From: a phage
Length of the DNA: 64,000 bases
Assembly: GCA_020619395.1 (NCBI GenBank)
Contig: GCA_020619395.1_4860.1
Strand: one strand, 5' to 3'
The notes under the pieces are model-generated. The model was not told the DNA's origin and ran no database searches. It worked only from the letters and a program-made list of their open reading frames with translations. How positions within the stretch are numbered: the first letter of the stretch is position 1; each line of letters opens with the position of its first letter. Position numbers and translations under genes: made by a program. Of this stretch, positions 48,443 through 59,570 are shown one piece after another.

Positions 48443-51400
48443 ATGAAAACGTATCCTTACGATCCTCGGGGTGTAAATCCCGAGTGTCACTTCATCGAGG
48501 AACGTATCATCGACTCCGACAATCCTAACGATCGGGTGGTGATGCTAGATCATCGCCCGTTTTTCGAAGGATTGGTGGTAAGGCTCGCCGGCTCGTCCAT
48601 ACCGCTTACCCGCGGGACGGACTATGAGCTGGAGTATGCTTTAACACCGTTGGACGACTCGGTGACGACCCCGGTGTTTTGCGGGGTGCATCTTATTAAC
48701 CCTAAACTGCGTGGTGCGGTGGTCTTTGAAGGCCAGATGCTCGGGGGTACGTTTTACAGTGGTTTGATTGAGATGTTGGATGAGCTAATTAAGGCACTCA
48801 ACAACCCAACGGCTGCAGATTGGCTGCTTTTAGGTAATCGACCTTCCCTGTACCCAGCCACCCCTGCAGCGGTAGCTTGGTCAGACATGCTGAATAAAAA
48901 GTATGTTGCCTCTGCAGTGCATGATGTGGAGTTAGATGCCGGGGCGGCCAACGAGCAGATTCGTGAAAAGCTTACTGAGCTGAAAGATGCGGTTTTGGGC
49001 TTAGGAACTGAAATCGCCACATTTAACTACCCCGGACACATTGCGTCCACTAACCCTCATGGGACTACCGCGGCGCAGGCCGGTGCGCATCCTGTCAACC
49101 TGAAAACGCCAGATACTTTCCTGGCGTATGGAAAGACGTTGCGTCAGTTAACCAGCGAGGTCCGTGCACTGGGTCTGCAACAATCGGATATCGACAAGTA
49201 CATTTCTAAATGGGTATCGAAAGAATCCAAAGGGGTGTTTAATGCGACGATATCCGGTACTCGTGCCCTGTTCCGTTCTCCTGCTGGTGAATCCGAAATT
49301 GTGTTCTCTGCTGAGGCATTCACTCTTAAATCTAATGGCTCTGTTGTGTTGGCGTGTGGGTATGCCGACACTACTGGAACCGCCCGGTTTATGGAGTGGA
49401 AAGCAGGCAACAATACATTACGTATTGAGTCGACTGGCAGTGCCTTGGGGATGGATAAGCTGACGCTTAATGGTACGACGTTACTGACCACAACTGCTCT
49501 CATGGGCTATCAACAAGACCCTGGTACCGGCGGTGGTACCGTTGACCCGGATGACAACAAACTGTACATTAGCGGGGTGAACGGCATTACTTTCACGGGT
49601 AAAGGGTCAAAAGCCGATCCCGTCACCGGGAAGGTCACAGCCAAACCCGCGACGACCTCTGAACCTGGCGTTGTGACGCTGACTGATAAGCCGAGCGATG
49701 TAGTCAAGGGACAAGCAGTCACCCCAGCTTCGCTCTTACCGTACGAGGGTGATCTGTCTTCGTACGTCAGGAAAACAACGCTGCTGAATAACCAGCCGAT
49801 GGACACTGGTAGCCGAACGCTAACGAAAAAGGATTTGGGTCTGGACTTGGCTGATAACACAGCTGACGTCGATAAACCACTTTCTGATGCGTTGGCAGAA
49901 GCAGTTACCGGTCTTAGTGATAAAGATCACCATCACAACTTCGCCGATTTACAGATCCCAACGGCTTCTCAAACAGTTCCCGGTATCGCTCGATATTCTA
50001 CCAACCTAAACGGCTTGTCGGATAATCGCGGCGTTACCCCGAACGTTCTGAACGATTTGTCAAAACGTTTAGACGTAGTTGCAGCTGCGCTAGCAAACGC
50101 GAAAGAGGATTCCGTGACCGATTTTGCCGCTGTGCGCGGTAAGACTTGGACTGTGGGATCTACACGTACCACCCTCGCCGTAACGGATTTGAATTATTTC
50201 TATCTGTTAAATGGTGCACGTAAAGAGGGGACGGTATCTGGTTCGATAGACTTGCAAACCACCCCGATGTTCCAGTGGTTCTCTCCAGATAACCGTATGG
50301 AAAGAACGTGGCAGAACGCGGTAATTAATACCGGTGCCGGTATTGATTTTAGTGGGTTTGAGGTTGCCGTCCCGGAAACGAACTACGGTGCGCAGATTGG
50401 GTTAACGACAACCGGAATGGGTGATTTGTCGGTCGTTAACCTCTTGGCGAAAACGTGGGTTCGTTGCGACTCTGGTAAGCTGCGGATTTGGGTTCGTGGC
50501 GGTGGTGCTGTTTCTGTTTATCTGGACGGTGAAATTATCGGTGCGGGTATTACAGAAGCGGGGTATCTGGAGGCGAAGGTCAAGGAGGGGTGGAAGCAAC
50601 ACTGCTTAGCATTCCGTGCCGAGTGTAACGATAGCGCTAAAGCAGCCGCAATTCGTTTCACAATTTACGACGGTGACTTTGCGGTTGGGGCCTCGGATAA
50701 AAACACCAAAGTTGCCCGCCTGCAGGAGTTTGTTAAGACGCCGAACGGTTTAAGGCATTACCTTTACGTGAACATGATAACCGATGCGTTATATTCGCGC
50801 GCCGAACCTATTGTGGACACGGAAGGTATTAACCTGGAACGTGGGTATATCGGCCACATTGATGTCCCTGACGCGGGATTGGTTGCAGGCACGACTTACG
50901 AGTTTGAAACGACGTTTGATTTTGGCATGGCGTCCGAACTTAAACGGCACTTCGAAACACGTCTAGCACACGGGGTGAGTAACACCGACTGGTCGTTGAC
51001 GGATAACCCGAAAATGCTGCCGTTGAATAAGGTTGATCCATTACCTAAACAATGGCTGTATGCGTATCCAACTAACCCGTCTGTTTCTGGGGATAACCTC
51101 GTTCGTTTAGATCGTGGGTTATTTGATTATAAATTCGTAAGTGCCACCTCGCTTAGGATTCTTCTTGCGGCGGTTGTTTCCACTGAAAACGCGTCCCCGT
51201 ATTGCTGGTTTACACCAAGCAACCCGAAAGAAAATGGTATGGCGACATTCGAGGGTTCGGTGGTAATCGACACTGATTATCCTGAAGTCCCAAAAACCTC
51301 GGACGTCGAAGTTTCATTAAACTTCATGACCCCTTCTGCTGATGGGAAAGGTAAAACCAGAGTCCTGCGGTGGAGTAACACCAAGACCAGTTTAAATTGT

Positions 51401-52573
51401 GGCTTTATTGCCGCGCCGTACGATAAACCAACCGGAAGAATTGCCAGCACACAATCCAGCGTTACTAATACGCTGGTTGATGCTCCTCGTGTAATCAAGA
51501 GCGTGGATGTTCAGTCGCCTGACTGTTTAGACTATCTCCCGGTTTCAATCGCTAGCGAGTTCGCAGCCATTGGTTCGCGCTGGCTTATTCGTTATCGCTA
51601 TATTGTTGATACGCAGATACTGCGAATATCGACGATTAGTAAGATAGGTGGCCAGGCTTCGGCAACTGTTCGTGAGATAGAATACGACGTTCCGTTTGAC
51701 GCGATTGATTATTTTAAAGGTGGCGCTTTATCGATTAGTGTTACTGGCATCGAAACTGGTGAAGGCGTCACAATCAACCACGGTTTGATGGACCCCTCCA
51801 CAACAGAAGTAGATTTAAATCGTTTCCATTATCTACGCTCACTATTTGAGTCGTATATTGAGCGTTCTCCAGACAGCCAGTCTTCTGGGCATGAGGAGAT
51901 GTCGATATCAACCGTCACGTTCGCGAACTTTGGAGATAACGTCGATAACCCGGTTACGGAATACATCACGATGTCTGCTGCAAGTGAGGGTTATCCGGAA
52001 CTTGCACCGAACGGTAAACTCCCCGCACCGTTTTACAAAGGGCTGCAGAAACGTGGTGCTCCGCTACTTGAGTCGGCTCCTGCAGACTATACGTCTAACG
52101 GTGGTGAATGGAAGTACGGCTTTATGCGGGCTTATCGCCCAACTCAAAATGAGCGTTTTGTGTCGGTAAATGGGACAATGCTCTCTAACTACCCTGGATA
52201 TATCATCGTGGGTAGTGAGAAAATTCCGGGTAATGTTATACCTTTCAGTGCATCGACAACAGCTGTTCAGATATCTGGGACTCTTGCCCGCACGAAACCG
52301 ATGCAGCCAATTCACATCGTGTTCGTGCCTCCGGAAGGTTCTGTGCCGCCGCTGCAAGCGAAGTTCACTATTAATGGCGTGGGCAGTAGTGGTAATCCGA
52401 TGTTCGTGATTACTGAAACGACACCGGTGGAACTTCGCACTGGTGGCGAGACGATTCTCATTGAGAAGCGTAATCCATTCCACATCCCCACCAGGACATG
52501 GGATTGGATTTTACAAACGTTGGATACTGAACGTAGAAACGAAGGCAACAACTCGGGTGAGTGGGCCTCTTAG
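48443..52573 (+). CDS. tail fibre protein 2
   Basis: 1376 aa; SD aaggag; repeats ASQTVPGIARYST and TTSEPGVVTLT; HHH motif. Confidence 0.75.
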   Translation: MKTYPYDPRGVNPECHFIEERIIDSDNPNDRVVMLDHRPFFEGLVVRLAGSSIPLTRGTDYELEYALTPLDDSVTTPVFCGVHLINPKLRGAVVFEGQMLGGTFYSGLIEMLDELIKALNNPTAADWLLLGNRPSLYPATPAAVAWSDMLNKKYVASAVHDVELDAGAANEQIREKLTELKDAVLGLGTEIATFNYPGHIASTNPHGTTAAQAGAHPVNLKTPDTFLAYGKTLRQLTSEVRALGLQQSDIDKYISKWVSKESKGVFNATISGTRALFRSPAGESEIVFSAEAFTLKSNGSVVLACGYADTTGTARFMEWKAGNNTLRIESTGSALGMDKLTLNGTTLLTTTALMGYQQDPGTGGGTVDPDDNKLYISGVNGITFTGKGSKADPVTGKVTAKPATTSEPGVVTLTDKPSDVVKGQAVTPASLLPYEGDLSSYVRKTTLLNNQPMDTGSRTLTKKDLGLDLADNTADVDKPLSDALAEAVTGLSDKDHHHNFADLQIPTASQTVPGIARYSTNLNGLSDNRGVTPNVLNDLSKRLDVVAAALANAKEDSVTDFAAVRGKTWTVGSTRTTLAVTDLNYFYLLNGARKEGTVSGSIDLQTTPMFQWFSPDNRMERTWQNAVINTGAGIDFSGFEVAVPETNYGAQIGLTTTGMGDLSVVNLLAKTWVRCDSGKLRIWVRGGGAVSVYLDGEIIGAGITEAGYLEAKVKEGWKQHCLAFRAECNDSAKAAAIRFTIYDGDFAVGASDKNTKVARLQEFVKTPNGLRHYLYVNMITDALYSRAEPIVDTEGINLERGYIGHIDVPDAGLVAGTTYEFETTFDFGMASELKRHFETRLAHGVSNTDWSLTDNPKMLPLNKVDPLPKQWLYAYPTNPSVSGDNLVRLDRGLFDYKFVSATSLRILLAAVVSTENASPYCWFTPSNPKENGMATFEGSVVIDTDYPEVPKTSDVEVSLNFMTPSADGKGKTRVLRWSNTKTSLNCGFIAAPYDKPTGRIASTQSSVTNTLVDAPRVIKSVDVQSPDCLDYLPVSIASEFAAIGSRWLIRYRYIVDTQILRISTISKIGGQASATVREIEYDVPFDAIDYFKGGALSISVTGIETGEGVTINHGLMDPSTTEVDLNRFHYLRSLFESYIERSPDSQSSGHEEMSISTVTFANFGDNVDNPVTEYITMSAASEGYPELAPNGKLPAPFYKGLQKRGAPLLESAPADYTSNGGEWKYGFMRAYRPTQNERFVSVNGTMLSNYPGYIIVGSEKIPGNVIPFSASTTAVQISGTLARTKPMQPIHIVFVPPEGSVPPLQAKFTINGVGSSGNPMFVITETTPVELRTGGETILIEKRNPFHIPTRTWDWILQTLDTERRNEGNNSGEWAS

Positions 52574-52648
52574 GACGGACTGCCTACGGGCGGGTAGTCC
52601 GTAGGTAAACCGCCCTTCCGTTATTGGGAGGGCGGTCTCCGTTTTATT
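52574..52648 (+). terminator. tandem hairpins / probable terminator between fibre genes
   Basis: two GC-rich stem-loops (cctacgg/ccgtagg; accgccc/gggcggt) followed by ccgttttatt. Confidence 0.45.
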
Positions 52649-52668
52649 ACAGATTAGGAGTGTTTGCA

Positions 52669-55600
52669 ATGCCGAGAGAAGATGCGGCGCAGTTTAACGG
52701 TACCCTCAGTACCGCTACTTACCCGAACCGTTATTCGACGGTCATTCCCGTCGAAGCACCGTTCTATCGCATCGGGTTAACGTTAACCGTTACCGATAAA
52801 ACAACCGGAACCAAACGCAAGTTAATAGAAGGTCTTGATTATTTCTTAGGACATTACTTCCAGGAATTAGCCGAGGCTGAGAACGATGCAATATACGGCA
52901 GCATAATGCTGCTGAACGCCACAGAGGTAGAATACGAGTTGTTGTCGGTTGGTCGACAGTATCGCATCCCTGCTTCTGAAATCGGCAAGTATCTGGTTAA
53001 GACAGATATGAAAGACCCGCGTAACTGCGATTGGTCTGAGCTGATGAAATATCCGCCGATTATCTCGCCAATCGACCCGCCAAAAGATCTCGAAGAAGCC
53101 ATCCTTCGCGATGAGATTGTAAAGGCGCTGGAAGATATCCGACTGGGCATTTTAGAACGTGCCCACGAACTGGATGAGGCTTTTGCCGAAGTTACCGATT
53201 TGATTTATCAGAACGGTAAACAGGTGTTTGATGACGAAATGTATCAACACCACCTGATTAAAAATGCACATGGTTACACCTGTGGCGATATCGGTGCACT
53301 CCCTGTGCTCGGTAAGGCCGTGGATGCGACTAAGGCGTTTGGACGTACACTGGCAGAGCTAGTGACGTTAATGTCTACCAGCGGCATCCAACAGAAACAC
53401 GTTGACATGCTTCTGGATAATACCCTGGGTGATTTACTGGGCCGTATGCGTGTTCTGAATAACGACGCGATTACGTTCCAAACAACGTCTGGTCACGTTA
53501 TCAGCATGAAGGGTGAGAAGTTCATTATCACCTCGACAAAACCGCTGGTATTAAAAGCTGACCAGGATAACAACGAACCGGGTATCGCTACGGAGTTCAG
53601 TGCTGGTCTGAACACGCTTTGGGTTCACTCGGGTAAAGCAGGTGACAAGTGGGGCGCTTATGATGCAGGTGTGCTTGCACCTGTATATAACAGCGTGTAT
53701 CTCGTTACACCGGATATGGTTAAGATGTACTTGACCTCGGTGAAGATACTTCCAGCAAACGCCTACTTCAAGTCCAGCGACACGTTGAAGATTTACGGCT
53801 CTGGTAAAGAAACAAACAAAGTTTACATGAATGCGGAGCTGCCTGCAGCAACCACAACTGTGCAGGGTTTGTTTGCGATTACTAACCTCTCGGCATCCGC
53901 TGCAGCGTCCACAGCGATTTCCCAAAAAGCTGTTACTGACTTGAAGAACAAACTCGACGGATATGTGGACGACACGTATACAGTCAATGGTAAAGGGTTT
54001 GTATTAGATTCAAACGGGCAGATGCATCTGACCTTAACCGCGGCAGATTTCGGTATTGAGAAGATGAACAATACCGGACCGCTGGAGAAACCGGTTACTA
54101 ATGCGTTGCGCACCGTGCTATCAGGCAAAGCGCTTACAACGCACACCCACACCATTGCAGATCTCGATAACGTGCCGTACGCATCCACGTCTGTTACAGG
54201 TTTGGCTAAACTGTGGGATGCAATCGACACTACCTCGGATAAGATGGTCACTTCGCGTCAGGGCTTCTTGCTTGAACAAAAGATTGACACACTGAATGAC
54301 AAGATTGCTACGCTGTTGCCCGCATGGACTGTCGGCGGATCATCGTACGGCAACAATAACTTCTTGCCTATACCTGTCCAGGGGAACTACGAAGGGTATA
54401 CCAAAAACCAAACCTGGCAGAAAGGTTTGGCGCGTTACGAGTCTGGTAAGGTTTACTCGCTCCGTAACGGTTCTAACGGGAATCCACCAGGTGACTGGGC
54501 TATCTATTACGCCTATGCTGATGTGTCGCCAAGCAATACGCTGGAAAATATGCAGCAGACGTCCGTACGTTATCGACCCGCTGGAATGTCGGCGTATCCT
54601 GGGGTGAATCTGGTTGCTATTGTGATTACCGGTACCGATGCAATGATCTGCTTAGGCAGTGACGGTGCGTACTACCTGGTCATCTTCGATGGGACGATTG
54701 ACCATGCAAAACATCATCGTGTTGTTAAAGTGGTGTTGGGTGATTACAAGAACGGTAATGGTGCGGGCACAGTAACGACAGCACCGTGGGCTCCAAACGC
54801 TTCTACAGACGATTTGATTGTTTGTAATGAGCGTGTCTACCTGTTGCGTACGGTGCTTACCTCCGGTGACTATTTCGTGAGTATGCGTAGCATCGCACTC
54901 AACGAACTTAATCCGGGTGGTAGCAACACGTTTGTGGCGGATGCGTTAACAGGCGGGATATTAACGTCGGGTGAAAACGTTTATCTACGACAGGGACAGA
55001 AACGTGCAGCTTCCGATGCGCTCCCAGCACCAGTTACACAGATCTACGCAGACGCGTTAGCGAAATGGAACAATGCAATCAACTTTGTACATGGCCCTGA
55101 GTGTAATCACGCGATTGGTGTTGATGGGCTGAAATTTCGTGTTGGTTTAACGCCAACAGTCTGGTTTGCCTCCTCCACAGGACAGACGATTAACTTTAAA
55201 CAGTGGACGTCAAGCTTTGTTGTCGACTGTAGCGCATTAACGGTAACTCTGGAAGGCGCTGATCGATTCCCTATTGTGGCTGATCTTACCACGGTTCGTT
55301 ATAACAGTGGTGCTGAGATTGGGATTCCGAGCCGGAAGTGGGGCGAAGGCCAAGCTAATAACAAAACCTTTGCAACATCGCAAGACAAGTATATTGTTTC
55401 GCAAGGACATGCAGGCGATCGCGACCTAATGCCTTATGTCACGATTACAACGTTAGATGACGGTGTGAGTTGGTACGAGTACCTGTCGTGCGACTACAAC
55501 TTCACTGCCAGAAGTTTTAGTGCGGTAATGTTAAACCAAGGTCGTGGTTCTATCTACGAGCTGGGTATGGCGTATCCGCTGACTCTGGGAGCGAATTCCA

Positions 55601-57852
55601 GACTTATCTGGTTGTCACAACCGCGTTCCCGTTTGGCAATTGAAGTTGAGTTTGATCCGAACACCACTTACTCAGGTAAGGCGGGGTATGGCCCAACTAA
55701 CAATCGTCGTGTAGTAGATTCTATCACGTATGAGAATCTGTCGCAGATGTGCCACATTGTTACACCGGCGTCGCCTGGTACAGAGTTAAACGGCTGGTAT
55801 TGCACAGGACCAGAAACATTCCCTTATCACAACGTTTCTGGCACTTTCACGATTCATGCCGATCGGTTGACGCTGTCACAAGCCGAATGGGATAAGATGA
55901 AGCAGATGATCATCGACGGTGCACCGGCTGGCGCTGCGAATGGTTATGCTTCGGAATTTATCCTTGCCGCAAATAACGCAGGAAAGGCATTGTTCTCCGT
56001 TTGGTTCATCGGCATTGGTACGGCCACACCGCTCACGTTAGCACAAGTAGCATGTACGCGTACTGTGAACAACGTTAACGTGTTGGATATCTACTACTTT
56101 ACACTGAAACCAACAATCAGCAACGGGCAGGTAACATTCCCCGCAGCGATATTGGCTTTGTTTGACTTCTATAACAACCTCGACTATGGCTTGAACTATG
56201 CTACGTTGGGTGAGATAACGGGAGGAAAAACACGCCGGCCGGGACAACCTACACTGGTGTCGGTAGATGGTACTCGGTTCGGGTTGTATCTTCCACACAC
56301 GTTAACCTTGCGCCTGATTGGCGACTTGGGTGCGCTTAACTACGCTGTTGGTCTTACGCTGTCTAATGGTACTTGGACGCGTTCTTCTGCTCCACACGGC
56401 GTTGGACGTATGGCACCGGCACACACTCCAGTCAGTCCAGCTTATCTGGCCCATCGCGATCAAGTGATGCTACACAACTCATCTCTCGACTACGTCTACT
56501 GTGGTGGTATCGCAACGTCGTCGAGTGATTTTGTCGCGGCTCCTAATTTTAGTGGCCCGACTGAATCGGTTGTCATTGCTGGTGTGGAAACAGCTGAAGG
56601 TTGGCTGGTATATGTGACTGAGGAAGTTGACCTGCGTTTCGGCTCGAGCACTTATAAGCTGCCTACGTGGTATATTGACCTCAGCGCAGCATTTCCAACA
56701 AACCATCAGAACCGGACATTCTACCTGCACGCCAAGGTAGAAAATGGTACACCGAAGTACGTAATGGACGTGATTCAACATCCAGACACTGAAACGGAAC
56801 TCTATATCGGGTATGTTAAAACGGGCTCGTCGCGAGTCGTCGAGACTAACGTCGAACATGCTAAGCGATTAGGGGCGGTGAAACAACTGTTGGAACATGC
56901 GGCGGTTGAGAATAAGCATGATGTGGAGGTGGGAAGGGATGCAGCAACGGGCAGACTGGCACCATTGCGTAAAGAAGCGATGGGTCCTTTGTCGATCGAT
57001 GCTACGAAAGGCTATCTGGATAGTCAGTTGCTTTATACCGTATCCGACGCACAGCGTCGCGGTAAAGCGATGGTGTCCAAACGTTTCGAAGGCTTGAAAA
57101 CTTTGCCGGCGTTTACTCAGGCAAACAAGTCGGGGGCGTTTTGGAAACATCCTACAACAATTGCGACGGTAACGGCCGATGAGAACAGTGAAGCGACATC
57201 GTTGGGTATGGAGTGGGTAGGTATTCCAACGCCCGCTTTCGCTCCGACCTCAACAAACCTGATGGTGGTGGTGCAAAGTAAATTCGTCGTCCCAGGTACA
57301 CCGGGAGTAGAAACGACCTTTAATGTCCACGTTGCCCCATGGGAGGCGGTGGATGGCTTTTTCTACAACGTCGAGGCGGAAGGTACGGATGTTAACATTG
57401 ATGAAAATCCAGAAGTGTTATTGCCGTCACCACATACCGTGCACCACAAACAGCACTCTCTGCCAGCAGGCGTGCCGTGTACCTTTACATTTGTCGCGGC
57501 GGTAAGTTCTTCAGCGCTCGAAACAGCTAACCAGCATATTTGCTCTTGGCTTTTCACTGACGCTGGGGGACTACCAATCACCACCGATCTTTCGGATAGT
57601 AAGATTCAAATCTTACCACAGCCGGGAGAGACCAACGGCACACCAGTTGTTCTGAACAGTCGTAGCTACACGTTTACGAATGTGACAGGTGCAATCCCGG
57701 TTGTTACCACGGGCGCTCAGGGTTTATTCCCACCACCGATCGTGGCGTGGGATGGCGATGATCTTACGTTAACGATTGCGCACGATTGGGTGAACGAGAG
57801 GGGACGTCAACAGCCTGATGTTATCCAGGTCAATCTTATGTTCCGTACCTAA
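52669..57852 (+). CDS. tail fibre protein 3
   Basis: about 1727 aa from ATG at 52669 with SD aggag (ORF track extends to TTG 52624); repeats TTTVQGLFAITN, STSVTGLAKLWD; HTHTIADL. Confidence 0.75.
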   Translation: MPREDAAQFNGTLSTATYPNRYSTVIPVEAPFYRIGLTLTVTDKTTGTKRKLIEGLDYFLGHYFQELAEAENDAIYGSIMLLNATEVEYELLSVGRQYRIPASEIGKYLVKTDMKDPRNCDWSELMKYPPIISPIDPPKDLEEAILRDEIVKALEDIRLGILERAHELDEAFAEVTDLIYQNGKQVFDDEMYQHHLIKNAHGYTCGDIGALPVLGKAVDATKAFGRTLAELVTLMSTSGIQQKHVDMLLDNTLGDLLGRMRVLNNDAITFQTTSGHVISMKGEKFIITSTKPLVLKADQDNNEPGIATEFSAGLNTLWVHSGKAGDKWGAYDAGVLAPVYNSVYLVTPDMVKMYLTSVKILPANAYFKSSDTLKIYGSGKETNKVYMNAELPAATTTVQGLFAITNLSASAAASTAISQKAVTDLKNKLDGYVDDTYTVNGKGFVLDSNGQMHLTLTAADFGIEKMNNTGPLEKPVTNALRTVLSGKALTTHTHTIADLDNVPYASTSVTGLAKLWDAIDTTSDKMVTSRQGFLLEQKIDTLNDKIATLLPAWTVGGSSYGNNNFLPIPVQGNYEGYTKNQTWQKGLARYESGKVYSLRNGSNGNPPGDWAIYYAYADVSPSNTLENMQQTSVRYRPAGMSAYPGVNLVAIVITGTDAMICLGSDGAYYLVIFDGTIDHAKHHRVVKVVLGDYKNGNGAGTVTTAPWAPNASTDDLIVCNERVYLLRTVLTSGDYFVSMRSIALNELNPGGSNTFVADALTGGILTSGENVYLRQGQKRAASDALPAPVTQIYADALAKWNNAINFVHGPECNHAIGVDGLKFRVGLTPTVWFASSTGQTINFKQWTSSFVVDCSALTVTLEGADRFPIVADLTTVRYNSGAEIGIPSRKWGEGQANNKTFATSQDKYIVSQGHAGDRDLMPYVTITTLDDGVSWYEYLSCDYNFTARSFSAVMLNQGRGSIYELGMAYPLTLGANSRLIWLSQPRSRLAIEVEFDPNTTYSGKAGYGPTNNRRVVDSITYENLSQMCHIVTPASPGTELNGWYCTGPETFPYHNVSGTFTIHADRLTLSQAEWDKMKQMIIDGAPAGAANGYASEFILAANNAGKALFSVWFIGIGTATPLTLAQVACTRTVNNVNVLDIYYFTLKPTISNGQVTFPAAILALFDFYNNLDYGLNYATLGEITGGKTRRPGQPTLVSVDGTRFGLYLPHTLTLRLIGDLGALNYAVGLTLSNGTWTRSSAPHGVGRMAPAHTPVSPAYLAHRDQVMLHNSSLDYVYCGGIATSSSDFVAAPNFSGPTESVVIAGVETAEGWLVYVTEEVDLRFGSSTYKLPTWYIDLSAAFPTNHQNRTFYLHAKVENGTPKYVMDVIQHPDTETELYIGYVKTGSSRVVETNVEHAKRLGAVKQLLEHAAVENKHDVEVGRDAATGRLAPLRKEAMGPLSIDATKGYLDSQLLYTVSDAQRRGKAMVSKRFEGLKTLPAFTQANKSGAFWKHPTTIATVTADENSEATSLGMEWVGIPTPAFAPTSTNLMVVVQSKFVVPGTPGVETTFNVHVAPWEAVDGFFYNVEAEGTDVNIDENPEVLLPSPHTVHHKQHSLPAGVPCTFTFVAAVSSSALETANQHICSWLFTDAGGLPITTDLSDSKIQILPQPGETNGTPVVLNSRSYTFTNVTGAIPVVTTGAQGLFPPPIVAWDGDDLTLTIAHDWVNERGRQQPDVIQVNLMFRT

Positions 57853-57899
57853 CAGATAGCGCTATGGGGCAAGGAAGCCCCAATCAAAGGAGTTTGGCA

Positions 57900-59102
57900 A
57901 TGGCCGAAATCATTTATCAGTACCCGCTTGACCTTACCGGGACATTAACGTCGAACGCCGTTACACGGCGTATTACGTTAGGTTCTGGTAAAGTTAACCG
58001 GGCTTTTGCTTTTCCTGACGGAGCTTTCTACGCGGATACCTTCCGCTTGGCAGCTGCGAATAAACCAGGTGTCTACCCGTACAAACGCGGCACAGACTAC
58101 GAACTGATTTTTGCACATACTGCATATCAGAAAATGACCAAGAACCGCGAAGTGGTCATGGGTGTGGTGGTAACTAACTCGGCCATTCCTACTGATATCG
58201 AAGTCTCTGCGCAAGTCGTTGGTGGTTTTCAGTCCGCGAACGTCGAAGGTATCCGACAAGCGATTGCGTCGCTGAAAATTGAAGACCGTGTGGTGGACTT
58301 CAAGGATCTTCGAAACGTACCTGATACGTTCCCATCCGCCCCGACGTATAAAGACCTTGGCGATATCTACGGTTTTGAGTATATCATTACCGTACTCGCT
58401 GGGATTAAAGATGCGATTAACTCCGGCTCTGCAGTACAGCTGGAAGAAATCAAAGGTATTCTGGACGGTCTGAAAAACGACTTCCTCGATGCCTTAAATG
58501 CCCACATCAACGCCGAAGGTAACGTACACAATCTCGACATTCATCAGGTTAATGGCCTGACGGAGACGGAGATTCGTGCTCTGATTCAAAGTGTACAGAC
58601 TGCCATTGACGCCACTATCAAAGATATCGGCGACTTAAGAGCAGCAGACACGGCGTTGGGGCAACGCATCGATGCAATTGTGGCTTCGTTAGCCGCGTGG
58701 AACGACCAGCTTAATGTAGTTGCTCAAAATTACCAGAAAATGTCGTTAGCATTAGCTAACCTTAATTCTCTGGTGTTGCAATTACAGAAGATGGTTAACG
58801 ATCTTCAGTCTGCACTGAATGAAACAAATCAGCGCGTCACGGATCTTGAGAATCAGGGCAAAGACTTCCAACAGCAAATTGATAACCTGCAAGGACAAAT
58901 CAACAGTCTTAAAACTCAGGTTATAAACAACACCAACGCAATTTCGCAGGCAAACCAGAATCTGGCGAACCATGCGGCTGCGGATAACCCACACCCGAAT
59001 TACCTCCATAAACAGTATGGCGGTGTTGTGCAGGCTGCTGTTCACGTCAACAACAGCCTCACCTCGCGCGACGATGTTCAAGCTGAAGCGGGTACTAAGT
59101 AA
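57900..59102 (+). CDS. tail fibre-like protein 4 with C-terminal coiled coil
   Basis: about 400 aa from ATG 57900 (SD aaaggag); N-terminal domain homologous to fibres 1-3; Q/N/L-rich heptad region near C-terminus. Confidence 0.65.
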   Translation: MAEIIYQYPLDLTGTLTSNAVTRRITLGSGKVNRAFAFPDGAFYADTFRLAAANKPGVYPYKRGTDYELIFAHTAYQKMTKNREVVMGVVVTNSAIPTDIEVSAQVVGGFQSANVEGIRQAIASLKIEDRVVDFKDLRNVPDTFPSAPTYKDLGDIYGFEYIITVLAGIKDAINSGSAVQLEEIKGILDGLKNDFLDALNAHINAEGNVHNLDIHQVNGLTETEIRALIQSVQTAIDATIKDIGDLRAADTALGQRIDAIVASLAAWNDQLNVVAQNYQKMSLALANLNSLVLQLQKMVNDLQSALNETNQRVTDLENQGKDFQQQIDNLQGQINSLKTQVINNTNAISQANQNLANHAAADNPHPNYLHKQYGGVVQAAVHVNNSLTSRDDVQAEAGTK

Positions 59103-59167
59103 CTTGTTTACGAGCCGGACTATGTTTATGGACATAGTCCGCTCGTTCTACTTTTTAAGGAAGCGTA

Positions 59168-59560
59168 ATGGCGATATCTATTAAAGACGTCAGAAACCGC
59201 GTCCAGATAGTCGAAGCTAACATGGCGACAGGCCCCCGCATCGAGGCGCAAGTGGCCTCTAAAGCCCATAATGCAGCAGACCGATTTGGGGGTTGGACGA
59301 AAGCACAGCTAGATTGCGGCGGGACATGTTCTTGGACGTGCTCTAACGGTTGCTCGCATGGCTGTTCGAGCTGTTCAGGAAGCTGTTCTGCTTCTTGTAT
59401 CGGTAGCTGTTCTTCGACGTGTGGCGGTAACTGTTCTGGTTGCTCTGGTTGTTCTGGTGGTTGCAGTAGTAGCTGTACCGGTAACTGTTCAGGTGGTTGC
59501 GGCGGCTCTTGTTCCGCAAACTGCTCCGGGGCCTGCTCCGGCGGCTGTTCAGGTCGCTAA
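59168..59560 (+). CDS. Cys/Ser/Gly-rich precursor-like peptide A (leader + C-x3-C repeat core, 21 Cys)
   Basis: 130 aa; SD aagga; about 50-aa leader then DCGGTCSWTCS... with Cys every 4th residue; adjacent to radical-SAM genes. Confidence 0.65.
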   Translation: MAISIKDVRNRVQIVEANMATGPRIEAQVASKAHNAADRFGGWTKAQLDCGGTCSWTCSNGCSHGCSSCSGSCSASCIGSCSSTCGGNCSGCSGCSGGCSSSCTGNCSGGCGGSCSANCSGACSGGCSGR

Positions 59561-59570
59561 GGGGGATTAA

